In this document: positions 12,707-25,145 of the stretch, one piece after another | How positions within the stretch are numbered: the first letter of the stretch is position 1 | Layout of the letters: every line of letters begins with the position of its first letter | Assembly (NCBI GenBank): GCA_951406725.2 | Contig: OX597820.1 | Coordinates: 116,436,001-116,500,000, forward strand | Reading direction: 5' to 3' | DNA from: Octopus vulgaris | Lineage: Eukaryota | Length of the DNA stretch: 64,000 nucleotides | Program-made: the position numbers and the translations under genes | The notes under the pieces: model-generated | The model's database searches: none | The model's input: the letters and a program-made list of their open reading frames with translations, nothing else | Told to the model about the DNA's origin: nothing

Positions 12707-13370
12707 ACGTAAAACCGTTGTGATCCTGGATGGCTTGGTTGAACTGGTCAATAAAAATATATTTCTTTGGCTGCGCGAATAATAACTGAAGCAAATCCAT
12801 GAACATTTAAGTGAAATGTTTATTGCCAGACACAAACATATTTGGTGTTGTGCTATTTGCAATGAAGAATATAAATGATTGCCAACTGGAAGACATAAAA
12901 ACCGTGCCGCGTCCGTGGACGTTAGTTATGAAGCATTATATGAATGTTTTACAGTGAATCTGTCTGAGAACCTGGAGCTGTCTGTGCAAATATCCAGAAC
13001 TGTCTCCTTGGCAAGAGTAGGAGGCACAGGTCAGTAAGCCACCTTCAACACTCTGCGATCAATTGAGCGCAAAAAAGCGATTTTTATAGGGGATAAGAAG
13101 TCAAATTCCAGAACATTCGAGAAAACCACAACCTCGCATTGATTGGTCGATTTATAGATCGAGCATGTGAAACTATGGTGGTTAACACGTGGTGTCTGAT
13201 CGAGTATCCAGCAGTTACATTTCGAATCACCGCTACAGTAGTATATAAATCGTTGACCACTGGGAATTTATACAAAATTTTATATGTTGCAAAATGGTCC
13301 GGAACGAAACGTGCGTCAATTAAAACAATACTACGTTTTTTTTTTGAAATTTAACTTAAATTTGACTTAC

Positions 13371-13448
13371 CTGATTTTTTGTAAACATTGAAGCCGGAAA
13401 AATTAGCTTTTAAACCTTGCGAGTTATTCAAATAGATGTTATAAGTAC
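13371..13448 (-). CDS. Exon G (78 bp): GTYNIYLNNSQGLKANFSGFNVYKKS
   Basis: Acceptor tttttgctAG, donor CAG|GTAAGT, phase 1-1; GxYxI is typical of an Ig-fold F strand. Confidence 0.85.
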
Positions 13449-14262
13449 CTAGCAAAAAATATAATGTCCTTCGTTATTTATGTCAATGAAATATTTCACA
13501 GATAATTTTGAAGAGATTTTTATGTTAAGTTTTTTTTTTTTCTGCCTTAGTTGTAATACCATTTAGATTTATTGAAGAGAATGATGAACTTGTGAGAAAA
13601 GTTTTCAAAATGCTCGTATGTGGAAAGCTTCTTAACTTTTCCTATCATACTTGGATTTTAATTTATAAGGGGTATAAACATTTTAAGAATACAGCGAAGA
13701 AAGAGGCTGGAGAGAAATATGAGGAATTAGATGTGGATGAGAGAGATGAAGAGGACTTAATAAACTTTGAATACCAAACATGTCTGCTACCCAATACCAA
13801 ACACGTCCTTGCGTAAAACATCTTTTCAATGTACAATTGATATGTTTCACACAAAAAGTTTTACTTTCGTTCTAGTTTCGACAACAGACGCATCAACGCT
13901 TTCGTCTGTAGCAAATATTGTCTTTGTGCTAATTTTATTAACCTTATTCCACTTTCAGAGAACAATGCAACTGAGAAATTCATTTACGTGTTTTTGCCGT
14001 ACATGCTGATATTGTTGTTGTTGTTGTTGATGTTGTTGCATGTGGAACCCAAATGAACCTTCCCGTTCTGTTCTGCTGAGTTGAACATAAGTCCTATGAC
14101 TTCATCGTCTTCTTGATTTTTCTATCTCAGATGGATGGAAGCGAAAGTGAAAGTTGACATCAGTATAACAGAACACAAAATGTAAAAGTTTTCGTAAGCA
14201 GATAGCAGAAGACATTTAAAGTTTCTGCTACGATAGAAGAATATAAAGTGACAAATTCTTAC

Positions 14263-14383
14263 CTTTGGTTAGGTTTACAACCGCACTAATATGGCTTGAA
14301 TTTACAAGGGTATACGGAATATTTCCATTTATGTCTAGAACCACTAGATTGTCTTTAGGTCCGGCCACATTAATATACAGTGT
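14263..14383 (-). CDS. Exon F (121 bp): TLYINVAGPKDNLVVLDINGNIPYTLVNSSHISAVVNLTK (Ig/IPT-like beta strands)
   Basis: Acceptor ttgttttcaAG, donor AAG|GTAAGA, phase 0-1. Confidence 0.85.
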
Positions 14384-14680
14384 CTTGAAAACAAAAACAA
14401 TCATAAACGTACATATGTTAATAACCAGCATTGGAGATGTTGTCTTAATAAACATTTTATATACATCCGCATACACTTAGCTTTCAGCTTCTCATACATA
14501 CATACATACATACATACATACATACATACATACATACATACATACATACATACATACATACGTACGTACATATATACATGCATGCATACATACATACGTA
14601 CATACATACATACATACATACATACAGACATGCATACAAACATATATACATACATGCATACATACATATATACATACATG

Positions 14681-14764
<84 letters not shown>

Positions 14765-14765
14765 G

Positions 14766-14827
<62 letters not shown>

Positions 14828-15458
14828 GGCGGCGAGCTGGCAGAAACGTTAACACGCCGGGCGAAATGCGTAGCCGTATTTCGTCTGCCGTTACGTTCTG
14901 AGTTCAAATTCCGCCGAGGTCGACTTTGCCTTTCATCCTTTCGGGGTCGATGAATTAAATACCAGTTACGCACTGGGGTCGATGTAATCGACTTAATCCG
15001 TTTATCTGTCCTTGTTTGTCCTCTCTGTGTTTAGCCCCTTGTGGGTAGTAAAGAAATAGGTATTTACTCTGCCGTTACGTTCTGAGTTCAAATTCCGCTG
15101 AGGTCGACTTTGCCTTTCATTCTTTCGCGGTCGATTAAATAAGTACCAGTAACGCACTGGACTCGATGTAATCGACTTAATCCGTTTGTCTGTCCTTGTT
15201 TGTCCCCTCTATATTTAGTCCCCAGTAAGTGATAAAAATATATATATTAGGCGACCTGGCAAAAACGTTAGCGCGCCGGGCGAAATGCTTAGTGGTATTT
15301 CGCCTGTCTTTTACGCTCTGAGTTCAAATTCTGCCGAGGCCGACTTTACCTTTCATCTTTTCAGGGTTGATAAATTAAGTACCAGTTGCGTACTGGGGTC
15401 GATTTAACCGACTGACCCCCTCCCCAAAAATTTCGGGCCATGTGCCCAGAGTAGAAAA
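14828..15458 (+). mobile_element. Family-A SINE dimer followed by an alternative-tail copy
   Basis: Head ggcggcgagctggcagaaacg, junction gaaata|ggtattt at ~15059, new head at ~15249. Confidence 0.85.
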
Positions 15459-15537
<79 letters not shown>

Positions 15538-16299
15538 TAACAAGAATTATGGTTTTTATTATAACAGTGTCTGTGTGTGTGGATATGTAGGTGAACAAAG
15601 GAAAGAAGCTAACACTGAACACATGTATTTGGAGTTGTAAGACTCTAAGAACAAGTTTCCTCAGCCTCATCAACTACCCCATGTTAGTGAAGATCATTCA
15701 ACCCTTTCAACGACAGTATTTACATTCTTATATTCACATTTATTCCAATTATTATTGATTAATAATCCTCTCTGATTTTGTTTTGAACCGTTGCCTTTTA
15801 TTTCACGGTTTATAGAAAAAGTAAATTTTAACCATTGACTAGAGACGTTTTTGTGGGTGCCTTCGATTTTATTTTTATTTTCTTTCCTTCCTTTTCTGAC
15901 TCTATACCCTATACCTTTCTTTCTCTGTCTTGTTGATGACATGCGAGGCCAAAGTGTAGGATAAACTAGCAAGCTCTCTGACAAAACTGCCTTACGATGA
16001 TCCTACCATTATCTGTGAACGTTACTTTAGGGTTTGTCCTTTTTCTCGTTAAACTTTTTAATTTTCAAACTATTCCTCTTCACACCAGTCTTTTCGTATT
16101 TTTGGAAGCATTCTACGGTATGTTCCATCCTAAACAAGAGTAAGCTTTCTGACCCGCCAACTGCCTTACCATTGCTCTCTCGCCTTAAAAAGTTGTTAAT
16201 AATGTCTTTCTCCAACTCTTGAATACTTCTTCACCCTTACAGCTTCCCTGGGGGTCAGATCTATTGGGAACTTGTTCCTATGTGATCAGTGTCCTTTCA

Positions 16300-17100
16300 G
16301 AAAGTTAGCAAAGACAATGTCAATGTACTTGACACTGTCAAATTTTGTCGGCGTTTCCGACACGGAAATCTCCAGGTTAAAATACCCAATTATGGACTCC
16401 ATCTGACTCACGATTCTTAAGTCGGAAGTTTCTAGTCAGATCACACCGTCACAATCTGCAGAGATGGAACTCTCTACATCAAGTCCGATATGAGCCTTGC
16501 TCTTTCTTCTCTACATTGGCAAACTACTGGGCTGTCATACTTGGCAATGCTACCTCGTCTTCAGATGATATCACTCTTCGATTTTCTTCTTAATCTTCGG
16601 CTCACAACTATTATTCACTTGCAGCTCAGACACTACATAACAAATCCCCGGACTCTTGTAAAGTGAACGGAGACTGGAAAATATCCTTCAATTGATGAAT
16701 GATAATCTTGTCTCCCTCAACAGACACTGACAGAGATTGTCTCTATCCCGGAAACAAACTTCTACCTCAGCCTCTTTACTCTTCAACAACATGCAGTTAC
16801 AACCTTTAAATTCCCTTCATCTGCTTGGCCTCATACAAGTCATTGTACTTCTGGTGATCTCACATTCACAAGATAGTAAAACCAAATCAAGCGCACCAAA
16901 GTCTATTGTTCTTCAGAGACAGAAACACTTCAGCGACAACAACTTATTTTCTCTTTTCGAAGCGGAAGTGAATCCCCCAAGGCAATAATTTTGCTGTTCC
17001 TGCTGTATCATTCAAATGCATTTTCAGTCACCATCAAACTAAGACAATCTCATAAGTTGGCAAGGGCTTACCCACCAATTCACTCCAACACTACACTCAC
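16300..17100 (+). mobile_element. Heavily decayed CR1/L2-type RT remnant
   Basis: Scattered RT-like peptides (LLFLLYI, DDITL); no intact frame. Confidence 0.4.
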
Positions 17101-17560
17101 ATAGCCGTTGGTCATCACTGATTTCTAACGTCTTTACAACACACTCTGCTACTTAAGGTTTAATGGCAGCATACCACATCAAGAACGGTAGTAGTGCGTG
17201 GCCCTGTGGTGGGTGTTGCACTCACGATCACAATCTCGTGGTTTCAATTCCCAGATCGGACGGTGCGTTGCGTTTGTTCCTGAGCAACCGTGCACTTCAC
17301 TTAAACATTTATTTCTAATATGGAGTCAAAATTATAGTCACTTGAAACTGTGACCTGTTCCCTGACAATAAAGTGAACAGGTTGCAGTTTCGAGCGACGA
17401 AAATTTTGAACCATTTTCACAAATAAATGTTTAAGTGAAGTTAATGGCCTTTGTGTGTTTCTGAATGGCTAACAATGTCTTCCACGCTGCAATTGCTCTA
17501 GTTTCAATACATCATCCAAAGCCAAAACATTTGCTATGCAAGCAACTCCATAATACATGC

Positions 17561-17595
<35 letters not shown>

Positions 17596-17619
17596 GTGCG
17601 CGCGCGCTCGCACACACAT

Positions 17620-18050
17620 GAACAACAAACATTCTTCTTCATTCCTACAATTCGATATAAATAATTATTACTATTCATCTATTTCTCCCAAACCTACAAA
17701 TGAAGCCCCTCTTCTAGCTTGGAACCTAACTAACTTAACCCCACTAGAAATTAACATAATTCTTAATGCTCGTAAAACCCTCATTTCTTTTGAGGACAAA
17801 CTTTGGTGCCGGGCTAATCACTATAATAATAACAGTAACTAAAGCAAATTCTTTGACATTACTATGAGATCATCCGACTCTGCCTAGGTCACCGACCTCC
17901 TTGGACTCAACCTACTCCATCAGCTCCGAATACACTTCCGTAGCATCAAGAAAGGTCTATACAGAGATGACGCTTTGCTAGTCACCAAGGGCGTTAGTAG
18001 GTCCGCTTTAGAACGAATTAGGAAAGATCTACACAAAGTTTCTCTAATCT
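17620..18050 (+). mobile_element. Penelope-like element reverse transcriptase fragment
   Basis: FFDITM...DLLGLNLL...GLYRDDALLV...ERIRKDL, matching Penelope RT motifs FDxTMG and GLYRDD. Confidence 0.75.
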
Positions 18051-18072
18051 CACCTTGGACAAGTGTCTTTTA

Positions 18073-19002
18073 GGATCTATTCCATCTCAATCACAGATTT
18101 TTTAATTAATTTTTTTTTAACTAAACAGTTTGAAACTTCGAATACTGGTAGAATTTCTTACGTAGAACACGCTTTACTCTGAACGTTTTTGACCAATTTT
18201 CGTATTTCAGATGTTATTTCGTGTTAAATTTGTCGTATTTGGATAATTTCAACCAATCAACGACGTGTATTCAGTTGAAGAAAGCTACTGCTGTTTGTGA
18301 TAGCAATCGATGAGGAACAACTTCCGGGTCATCCCCACTAAATGTCACCATTCTGTTCTATTCGTATGTCGAACGAAGACGATGCCACCTTTATCCTTTC
18401 TTCTTTTCTAGTCAGCACCATGCATTCCTTGCTCTTTCCTCCCGTCTACACTATCAACTAGCAACTAGCAAGCAAACTTGTCACTGCCACTACAATTACC
18501 GTGTTTTCCGGTGTATAAGCCGCTATTTGTTTTGTTTTACCTTCATGTTTTGATAATGTAACTTTTTTTTAATCTAATAAAGACTTTTATATTGACGAAA
18601 TATGTCTGATGTTGATTATAGTAAGATAAAATCATTACAATAACAATACATCTCATAGCTGTAAAATAAGGCATTTTGAGACTACATATACGTCAACAAC
18701 AAAAAAAAAAGCTAGCTGCGGACTCGCGGTGACAATTAGTACAGATGACCTGGATGTTGTTCCTCTTTGATTACTATCACAAGCAGCAGTAGCTTTTTTC
18801 AGCAGAATACACGTCGTTGATTGGTTGCAATTATCCAAATACGCTAACTTTAAAACGAAATAACTTCTAAAATACGAAATTTGGTCAAAAACGTTCAGAG
18901 TAAAGCGTGTTCTACGTGAGAAATTCCACCAGTATTCAAAGTTTCAAACTGTTTAGTTAAAAAAATTAATTAAAAAATCTGTGATTGAGATGGAATAGAT
19001 CC
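18073..19002. mobile_element. Long-TIR non-autonomous DNA transposon inserted into a family-B SINE
   Basis: About 230-bp TIRs starting GGATCTATTCC; 8-bp TSD gtctttta/gtcttcta; host SINE resumes at 19003. Confidence 0.85.
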
Positions 19003-19490
19003 GTCTTCTACTATAGCCTCGGGCCGACCAAAGCCTTGTGAGTGGATTTGGTAGACGGAAACTGAAAGAAGCCCGTCGTATATATATATGCGTGTTGTGT
19101 ACGTGTGTGTGTGTTTGTCCCCTCTAACATCGTTTGACAACCGATGCTGGTGCGTTTACGTTCCTGTAATTTAGCGGTTCAGCAAAAGAGACCGATAGAA
19201 TAAGTACTAGGCTTACAAAGAATAAGTCCTGGGGTCGATTTGTTCGACTACAGGCAGTGCTCCAGCACGGCCGCAGTCAAATGATTGAAACAAGTAGAAG
19301 AATATCGCTAGCTACTAAACCGTTTCTATTTTCGCTTTCTGTTTATTTCTGTGTTCCTTTCTGTTGAAGAGCAGAGGCTCGAAGCATAAATGATTTCTCA
19401 CTTCCCGAGAATCAAACTAATACATCTGTTTGTTGTTTACACACCCATCTTCGTCTTTTGTTTTTTGTTGTTTTTTTTTGTAAATTCCAA

Positions 19491-19558
<68 letters not shown>

Positions 19559-19655
19559 TTCACTTCCCGAGCGTTAAACTAACACATCTGTTTGTTGTCT
19601 ACACCACCTGTCTTCGTCTTTTGTGAATTCTCTCTCTATCTCTATCTCTCTCGAT

Positions 19656-19694
<39 letters not shown>

Positions 19695-19713
19695 AATACA
19701 CACACACATACAC

Positions 19714-19785
<72 letters not shown>

Positions 19786-19882
19786 ATCGAGAGAGATAGA
19801 GAGAGAAAGAGAGAGAATTCACAAAAGACGAAGACTAGGCCCAATGAAGAGCCCTCCACAGGAGCTAGCTTAAAAGCCGGCC

Positions 19883-19932
<50 letters not shown>

Positions 19933-19959
19933 CACACACACATACATACATATACACAT

Positions 19960-19999
<40 letters not shown>

Positions 20000-20025
20000 G
20001 CACACACATACATACATATACATAC

Positions 20026-20056
<31 letters not shown>

Positions 20057-20671
20057 TTGGCCGGCTTTTAAGCTAGCTCCTGTGGAGGGCTCTTCATTGG
20101 GCCTTGAGCCCAACAATGACACTTCATGCATTGAGTACATATTAAATTTTATTAAACTTGACCAGTATTTTTCAAGCAATAAACAATGATATAATTTGTC
20201 GACTTGGAACTTATTGCAAAGCTCCATAATAAACATCATTCTTTGTCTTCCCATTCGGGGGTCAGTACACTCTTTCTGTCTAACCTCTCTCTCTCTCTCG
20301 CTCTTTCTGTTGGTTGTTTTACCTCTCACCATCACCAGTACCATCATCATCGCCACAACAACTACCATACACACACCATTCAGAATTTTGACGCCACCAC
20401 CAACACCTTTAACTTCAATGCCTTCTCCTCTACCACCATCACCATTGTCTTTCATGTCCCTTACTATCACCGTCATGCTTGACCACCTCAGCTACAACCA
20501 CCACCACCATCATCACCGTCACCTCCGCCTCTATCACAACTACAGCTCATACTATTACTATCACCTCATTACCAGCCCAACTGTCAATCTACGACCACCT
20601 TCACCGTTTTTATGCCTACTAGTACTCTCGCCCCAGCAAAAGGAATAGTAGAAGTGTCATTGAATAGTGAG

Positions 20672-20980
20672 TTTTAAGTTTGTTCTTTCTCGAGCCATGC
20701 CTGGCTCATAAGGGCCGGTTTCCCAGTTTCCTTGGCGTATAGGTTCCCCACCTGGACGGGGCACCGGTCCATCGCAGGTGAGCTGCAAGATGCAGAAGGA
20801 AAGAGCGAGAGTAAGTTGTGGCGAAAGAGTCAGCAGAAGTTCGCCATTACCTTCTGCCGGAGCCATGTGGAGCTTAGGTGTTTTCGTTCATAAACAGACA
20901 CATCACCCGGTCTGAGATTCAACCCCACGATCCCTCGACCGTGAATCCGCTGCTCTAACCACTAGGCCATGTGCCTCCAC
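20672..20980 (-). mobile_element. Family-C-related SINE with a different 3' tail
   Basis: Similar tRNA head; 11-bp TSD tgaatagtgag. Confidence 0.8.
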
Positions 20981-21264
20981 TGAATAGTGAGAGAGGAGGT
21001 CAAAGTCTGACACACAAATTCGTTTTGGCATTTATTATATATATATATATATTGGTAAAACGGTAAGATAACAAAAGAAAGAAAGAGACCTCAATATTAT
21101 GTAAATATAGGAAATTTATCTATACAATAATATGTTACATTACTCGATAGTCAGGATAAAACTTTCCCACTTCGGCATCTGATTCCCACTTCGGCATCTG
21201 ATTCCCACTTCGGCATCTGAAACTAAGAGTTTTATCTTGACTATCGAGTAATGTAACATATTAT

Positions 21265-21343
<79 letters not shown>

Positions 21344-21352
21344 GTATATGTG

Positions 21353-21390
<38 letters not shown>

Positions 21391-21421
21391 ATATGCTTTC
21401 ACCCGGTGCGTTTTCACTCAC

Positions 21422-21524
21422 CTTTTCCACATATTCCGGAATTATCTTCGGTATCACTTCGACGATACTAAAACAGCTTGAGCCGTTTCCGTTACACACT
21501 CCACACTGGTCTTTAAGCGACGTT
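21422..21524 (-). CDS. Exon E (103 bp): TSLKDQCGVCNGNGSSCFSIVEVIPKIIPEYVEK
   Basis: Phase 2-0 exon that exactly bridges exon D (phase 2) and exon F (phase 0); donor AAG|GTGAGT; DxCGVCxGxGSSC motif; absent from the ORF track. Confidence 0.9.
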
Positions 21525-21865
21525 CTTTTAATGAAAAATATATTTCACATTTAGCAGTTATATATGATAAGACGATGTAAGCATGAAAACATTAACGGAG
21601 GTTCGGGAATCTGTGGAACAAATGCATCGATGTGCTTCGTTCCAACTTGATAAAAACTAGAAATGCATGCTAGAACATTCTCTCATAGGCTCGTGTCCTT
21701 TTCACGAAGGTAGTTTTTCTTTTGTTTCAGCGAGTCATTCAGAAATCAAAATTAATTGCCCAAATTAATGAACACATAGAATCATGAAAATTGATATGGT
21801 TGATAAGCGATAAAAACTAACAATAGTATGCAGCTACAACAACATACACCTATGACACTTAGATA

Positions 21866-22097
21866 CAGAATCTCTCGGCTATCGTAGGTGTTCCAACCCC
21901 CACCCCGTGATAGGTAAAAATCCACGAAGTAGAAACAGTACTGTACTGCATATTTTTGAAATCATTTCTATAATTTGTATATATTTATTTTATTATAAAT
22001 GCAAAACAACACCACGGAGAAATCGACGTAAGCTTAAATAATAAACCGCGATAGGCGAACCGCGATAGGCGAACCGCGATATGGCGTGGGATTACTG
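21866..22097. mobile_element. pogo/Tigger-like MITE remnant
   Basis: TA-CAG...CTG-TA termini with imperfect TIRs and a repeated gcgaaccgcgata motif. Confidence 0.45.
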
Positions 22098-23108
22098 TAG
22101 CTTCCATTCAATTCCAATCTTTCGAGTCTGATTCGTTTACTAGCGTGCTGCTTTGTACGAGTAGCATTTCTCTCTATTCACACACACACACACAGTTAAA
22201 GAATGGAGTACATAATACCGGGCTACATATGTTTCACAGCTAGCGGAACCTCCGAAGCGGTAAACATCCAAGGGATGTGGATGTGTATACCGCAGGCTAC
22301 TCTGCAGGCCAAGGATATATTGATTATGTGTGTGTATATGTATATGTGTTCGGACGTGACAGCTTTTAGAAACCGTTATGCTAATTGCACTTCTCAAGAA
22401 GCGCTATACGGCATTATTCATTATTCAAAATTGCACCAGCAAATCGAATTTAACCGATCAATATGGATCCATATCGATTTCTTCTTAGGGGTGATGAATA
22501 ATAAAAGTGTAAATGTAATTATGTGTACATATATATATTTATATGTATGTATGTATATACGCGTGCATTTATGTATGTGTGCGTGTGTATATGTATATGT
22601 ATATGTCGACATGCATACGGATTAATGCATCTGTGCATACATACATATATACATATACATAGGTGCGCATATACGTATGTATGATGATGTCTGTGTACGT
22701 GATGATTTGTGCCTATGCGTAAATGTATGTAAATAAATGTGAATGTGTGTGTGTATGCATACATATACATGTATGGACGTACAGATGAATGTATGAACAC
22801 GTGTAGGTCTATATGTGTGCAATTATGTTATATACATACACATTTTCTCAACTTTATACACAACTTACAAAGGTACTTTACTTCCTTATTTTATTTATAT
22901 TGTACTTTATTTACATTGTACTTTATTTTTATTGTAATTTACTCTATAATCTCTATTTATTCATTCATTTATTATTCTGTTTACCTAATCAATCCTACCT
23001 CCAACCAATCTGCAAACACCTGTATAGATACAAACCATAAATAGTATCATTTAGTGTACTACAATGAACTTACAAACGAACATACATAACATCTAGTGGT
23101 ACTTTTTG

Positions 23109-23187
23109 TCTCTGAAGAGATTATGCTCAAAAATATGAATATAATACTTAATTAACTTCACTGTGTATAATCGAAACAGCTGTAAGG
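23109..23187 (+). ncRNA. Type-I hammerhead motif with long loop II
   Basis: ucu CUGAAGA gauuaugc...guauaauc GAAA cagcug UA agg. Confidence 0.6.
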
Positions 23188-23577
23188 GATAATGATCGAT
23201 TTGTTACAGATAATAAACACTTATTAACTTCAAAATCTCCATTTTCTTCTTTTTTCCTTTGCATTAATAGAAACTACGGTTTATATGCAAACCTATTATT
23301 TTAAGGAAATCAATTCCCCAACAAAATATTAGTTATTGAACCAGTATTTCCTTGGATGACACCATCCCGTCAAGAGGCTAACATAACCTCTAACTGAATA
23401 CATACATATACATACATACAGAAATATATATATATTCAAGATTAATCAGCCGAAATTACTACGATGATCCGGTTCTTGACTGAAGACTGAGGGTTTCGAA
23501 TGTCCTGTCCGTGTTTATTGTGTCGTCTTCTAAGAGTTATACGTTCCTGTCCATGTTGTATTTTTCTACATACCTTA

Positions 23578-23610
<33 letters not shown>

Positions 23611-23612
<2 letters not shown>

Positions 23613-24027
23613 CGCAGGAGTGGCTGTGTGGTAAGTAGATTGCTAACCAACCACATGGTTCCGGGTTCAGTCCCACTGCGTGGCATCTTGGGCAAGTGTC
23701 TTCTGCTATGGCCCCGGGCCGACCAATACCTTGTGAGTGGATTTGGTAGACGGAAACTGAAAGAAGCCTGTCATATATATGTATATATATGTATATGTAT
23801 GTATGTGTTTGTGTGTCTGTGTTTGTACCCCTAGCATTGCTTGACAACCGATGATGGTGTGTTTACGTCCCCGTCACTTAGCGGTTCGGCAAAAAAGAGA
23901 CCGATAGAATAAGTACTGGTCTTACAAAGAATAAGTCCCGGGGTCGAGTTGCTCGACTAAAGGCGGTGCTCCAGCATGGCCGCAGTCAAATGACTGCTGA
24001 AACATGTAAAAGAGTAAAGAGTAAAGA

Positions 24028-24028
<1 letters not shown>
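23611..24028 (+). mobile_element. Family-B SINE
   Basis: Full-length copy ggcgcaggagtggctgtgtggtaag...gtaaaagagt. Confidence 0.9.
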
Positions 24029-24080
<52 letters not shown>

Positions 24081-24167
24081 TATTAGAGACAAAACCACTA
24101 TTTTGCAAAACAAACAAGGAAAGACTTAATCAATACATAAAATTTTAATAAATAGTCAAAAAAACCG

Positions 24168-24210
24168 CCACTACAATTGTTTCTTGTCTTGATCGACAAT
24201 CTTCAGGTGG
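24168..24210 (-). ncRNA. Minimal type-I hammerhead ribozyme motif (Penelope-like terminus)
   Basis: ccac CUGAAGA uuguc-gaucaa-gacaa GAAA caauug UA gugg: intact core, stems I and II, palindromic stem III, GUA site. Confidence 0.75.
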
Positions 24211-24540
24211 ACTTCCAATAAGTCAGTTTCAAATTTGGATTTATTCCCTAATATTTATTATTTATTATTATATATATATATATATATATATCGCTGAGGC
24301 ATTGCGAGGCTAATAAACCGGTGTCGAATTCAATGTATGTGTATTTCAGAACGAAATGTTTGCCGAGTATAGAGTGGTAATCAGGAAGGGAGATGACAAA
24401 GGAATAATTGATTGTCTTATGAACTTCATAATATATACACACACAAATACACACACACACACACATATCTGTTGTACTGTCCTAATTTTCTCTTATATAT
24501 ACATAGTCACTTAAATACCTAATAAGATTATTTGACTTAC

Positions 24541-24691
24541 CCGTTAATTACGCCAGCGCAGTCGGTACAGGTAGCATTATTTCCATTACATACGCCACAA
24601 GCGTCTTTGAACCCATCAGGTAAAGTTTCATTCCATTGCACGCATTGGTTACATGTATAGTTGTTCTGGTAGGCTTTGTACGCTGTTTGAC
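24541..24691 (-). CDS. Exon D (151 bp): GQTAYKAYQNNYTCNQC...KDACGVCNGNNATCTDCAGVING
   Basis: Acceptor ttacAG, donor GG|GTAAGT, phase 1-2; DxCGVCxG motif. Confidence 0.9.
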
Positions 24692-24747
24692 CTGTAATAG
24701 GTTGAAAAAATATAAGATATAGAAATATATATATATATAGTAGGAAA

Positions 24748-25145
24748 CTAGCAGTATAGTCCAGCGTTGATCGGGCTTGTTTTCTTTTCGACCCTTTAGA
24801 AGTGGAATTTTTGAAAAGTAAAAATTTTGCATTATGTAGCTTGTAATTCTCTTCTAGTGAACATTCTTCTTGTTGAAATACACCGAAAAATGGTGACGCA
24901 GCAGTCAAAAAATCGTAAAAATAGGGATTTTCATAGAAAAAAAGCACCTTTTTGATGTAAATAATTTTTGGTGTTAACATGGTTCAATTTGAATTTTTTT
25001 CTTCTACGAAATGAAGAGCAAGCCTTCTTCTATCATACTCTCAATTTTGGTCAACTTGCGCCGCAGGGTCTCGGAGGAGATAGTGTTAGTTGAAGGCTAC
25101 CAAACCTGCCACATATACAGACAACTTCAGCTTTATATAGAGAGA
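24748..25145 (-). mobile_element. Non-autonomous Helitron, related family
   Basis: Reverse strand starts TCtctctatataaag and ends cccgatcaacgctggactatactgCTAG; A|T insertion. Confidence 0.75.

Noticed and set aside
13190-13260. Possible extra exon VVNDLYTTVAVIRN behind a ttcccAG acceptor
   Set aside because: No convincing phase-1 donor, and exons G and H already join in frame into a coherent domain
15640-16230. Minus-strand Lys-rich ORF fragments
   Set aside because: No recognisable motif or splice sites; probably a decayed transposon
20196-20648. His/Thr/Pro-rich ORF
   Set aside because: Decayed (CAC/CAT)n low-complexity tract with no splice or homology support
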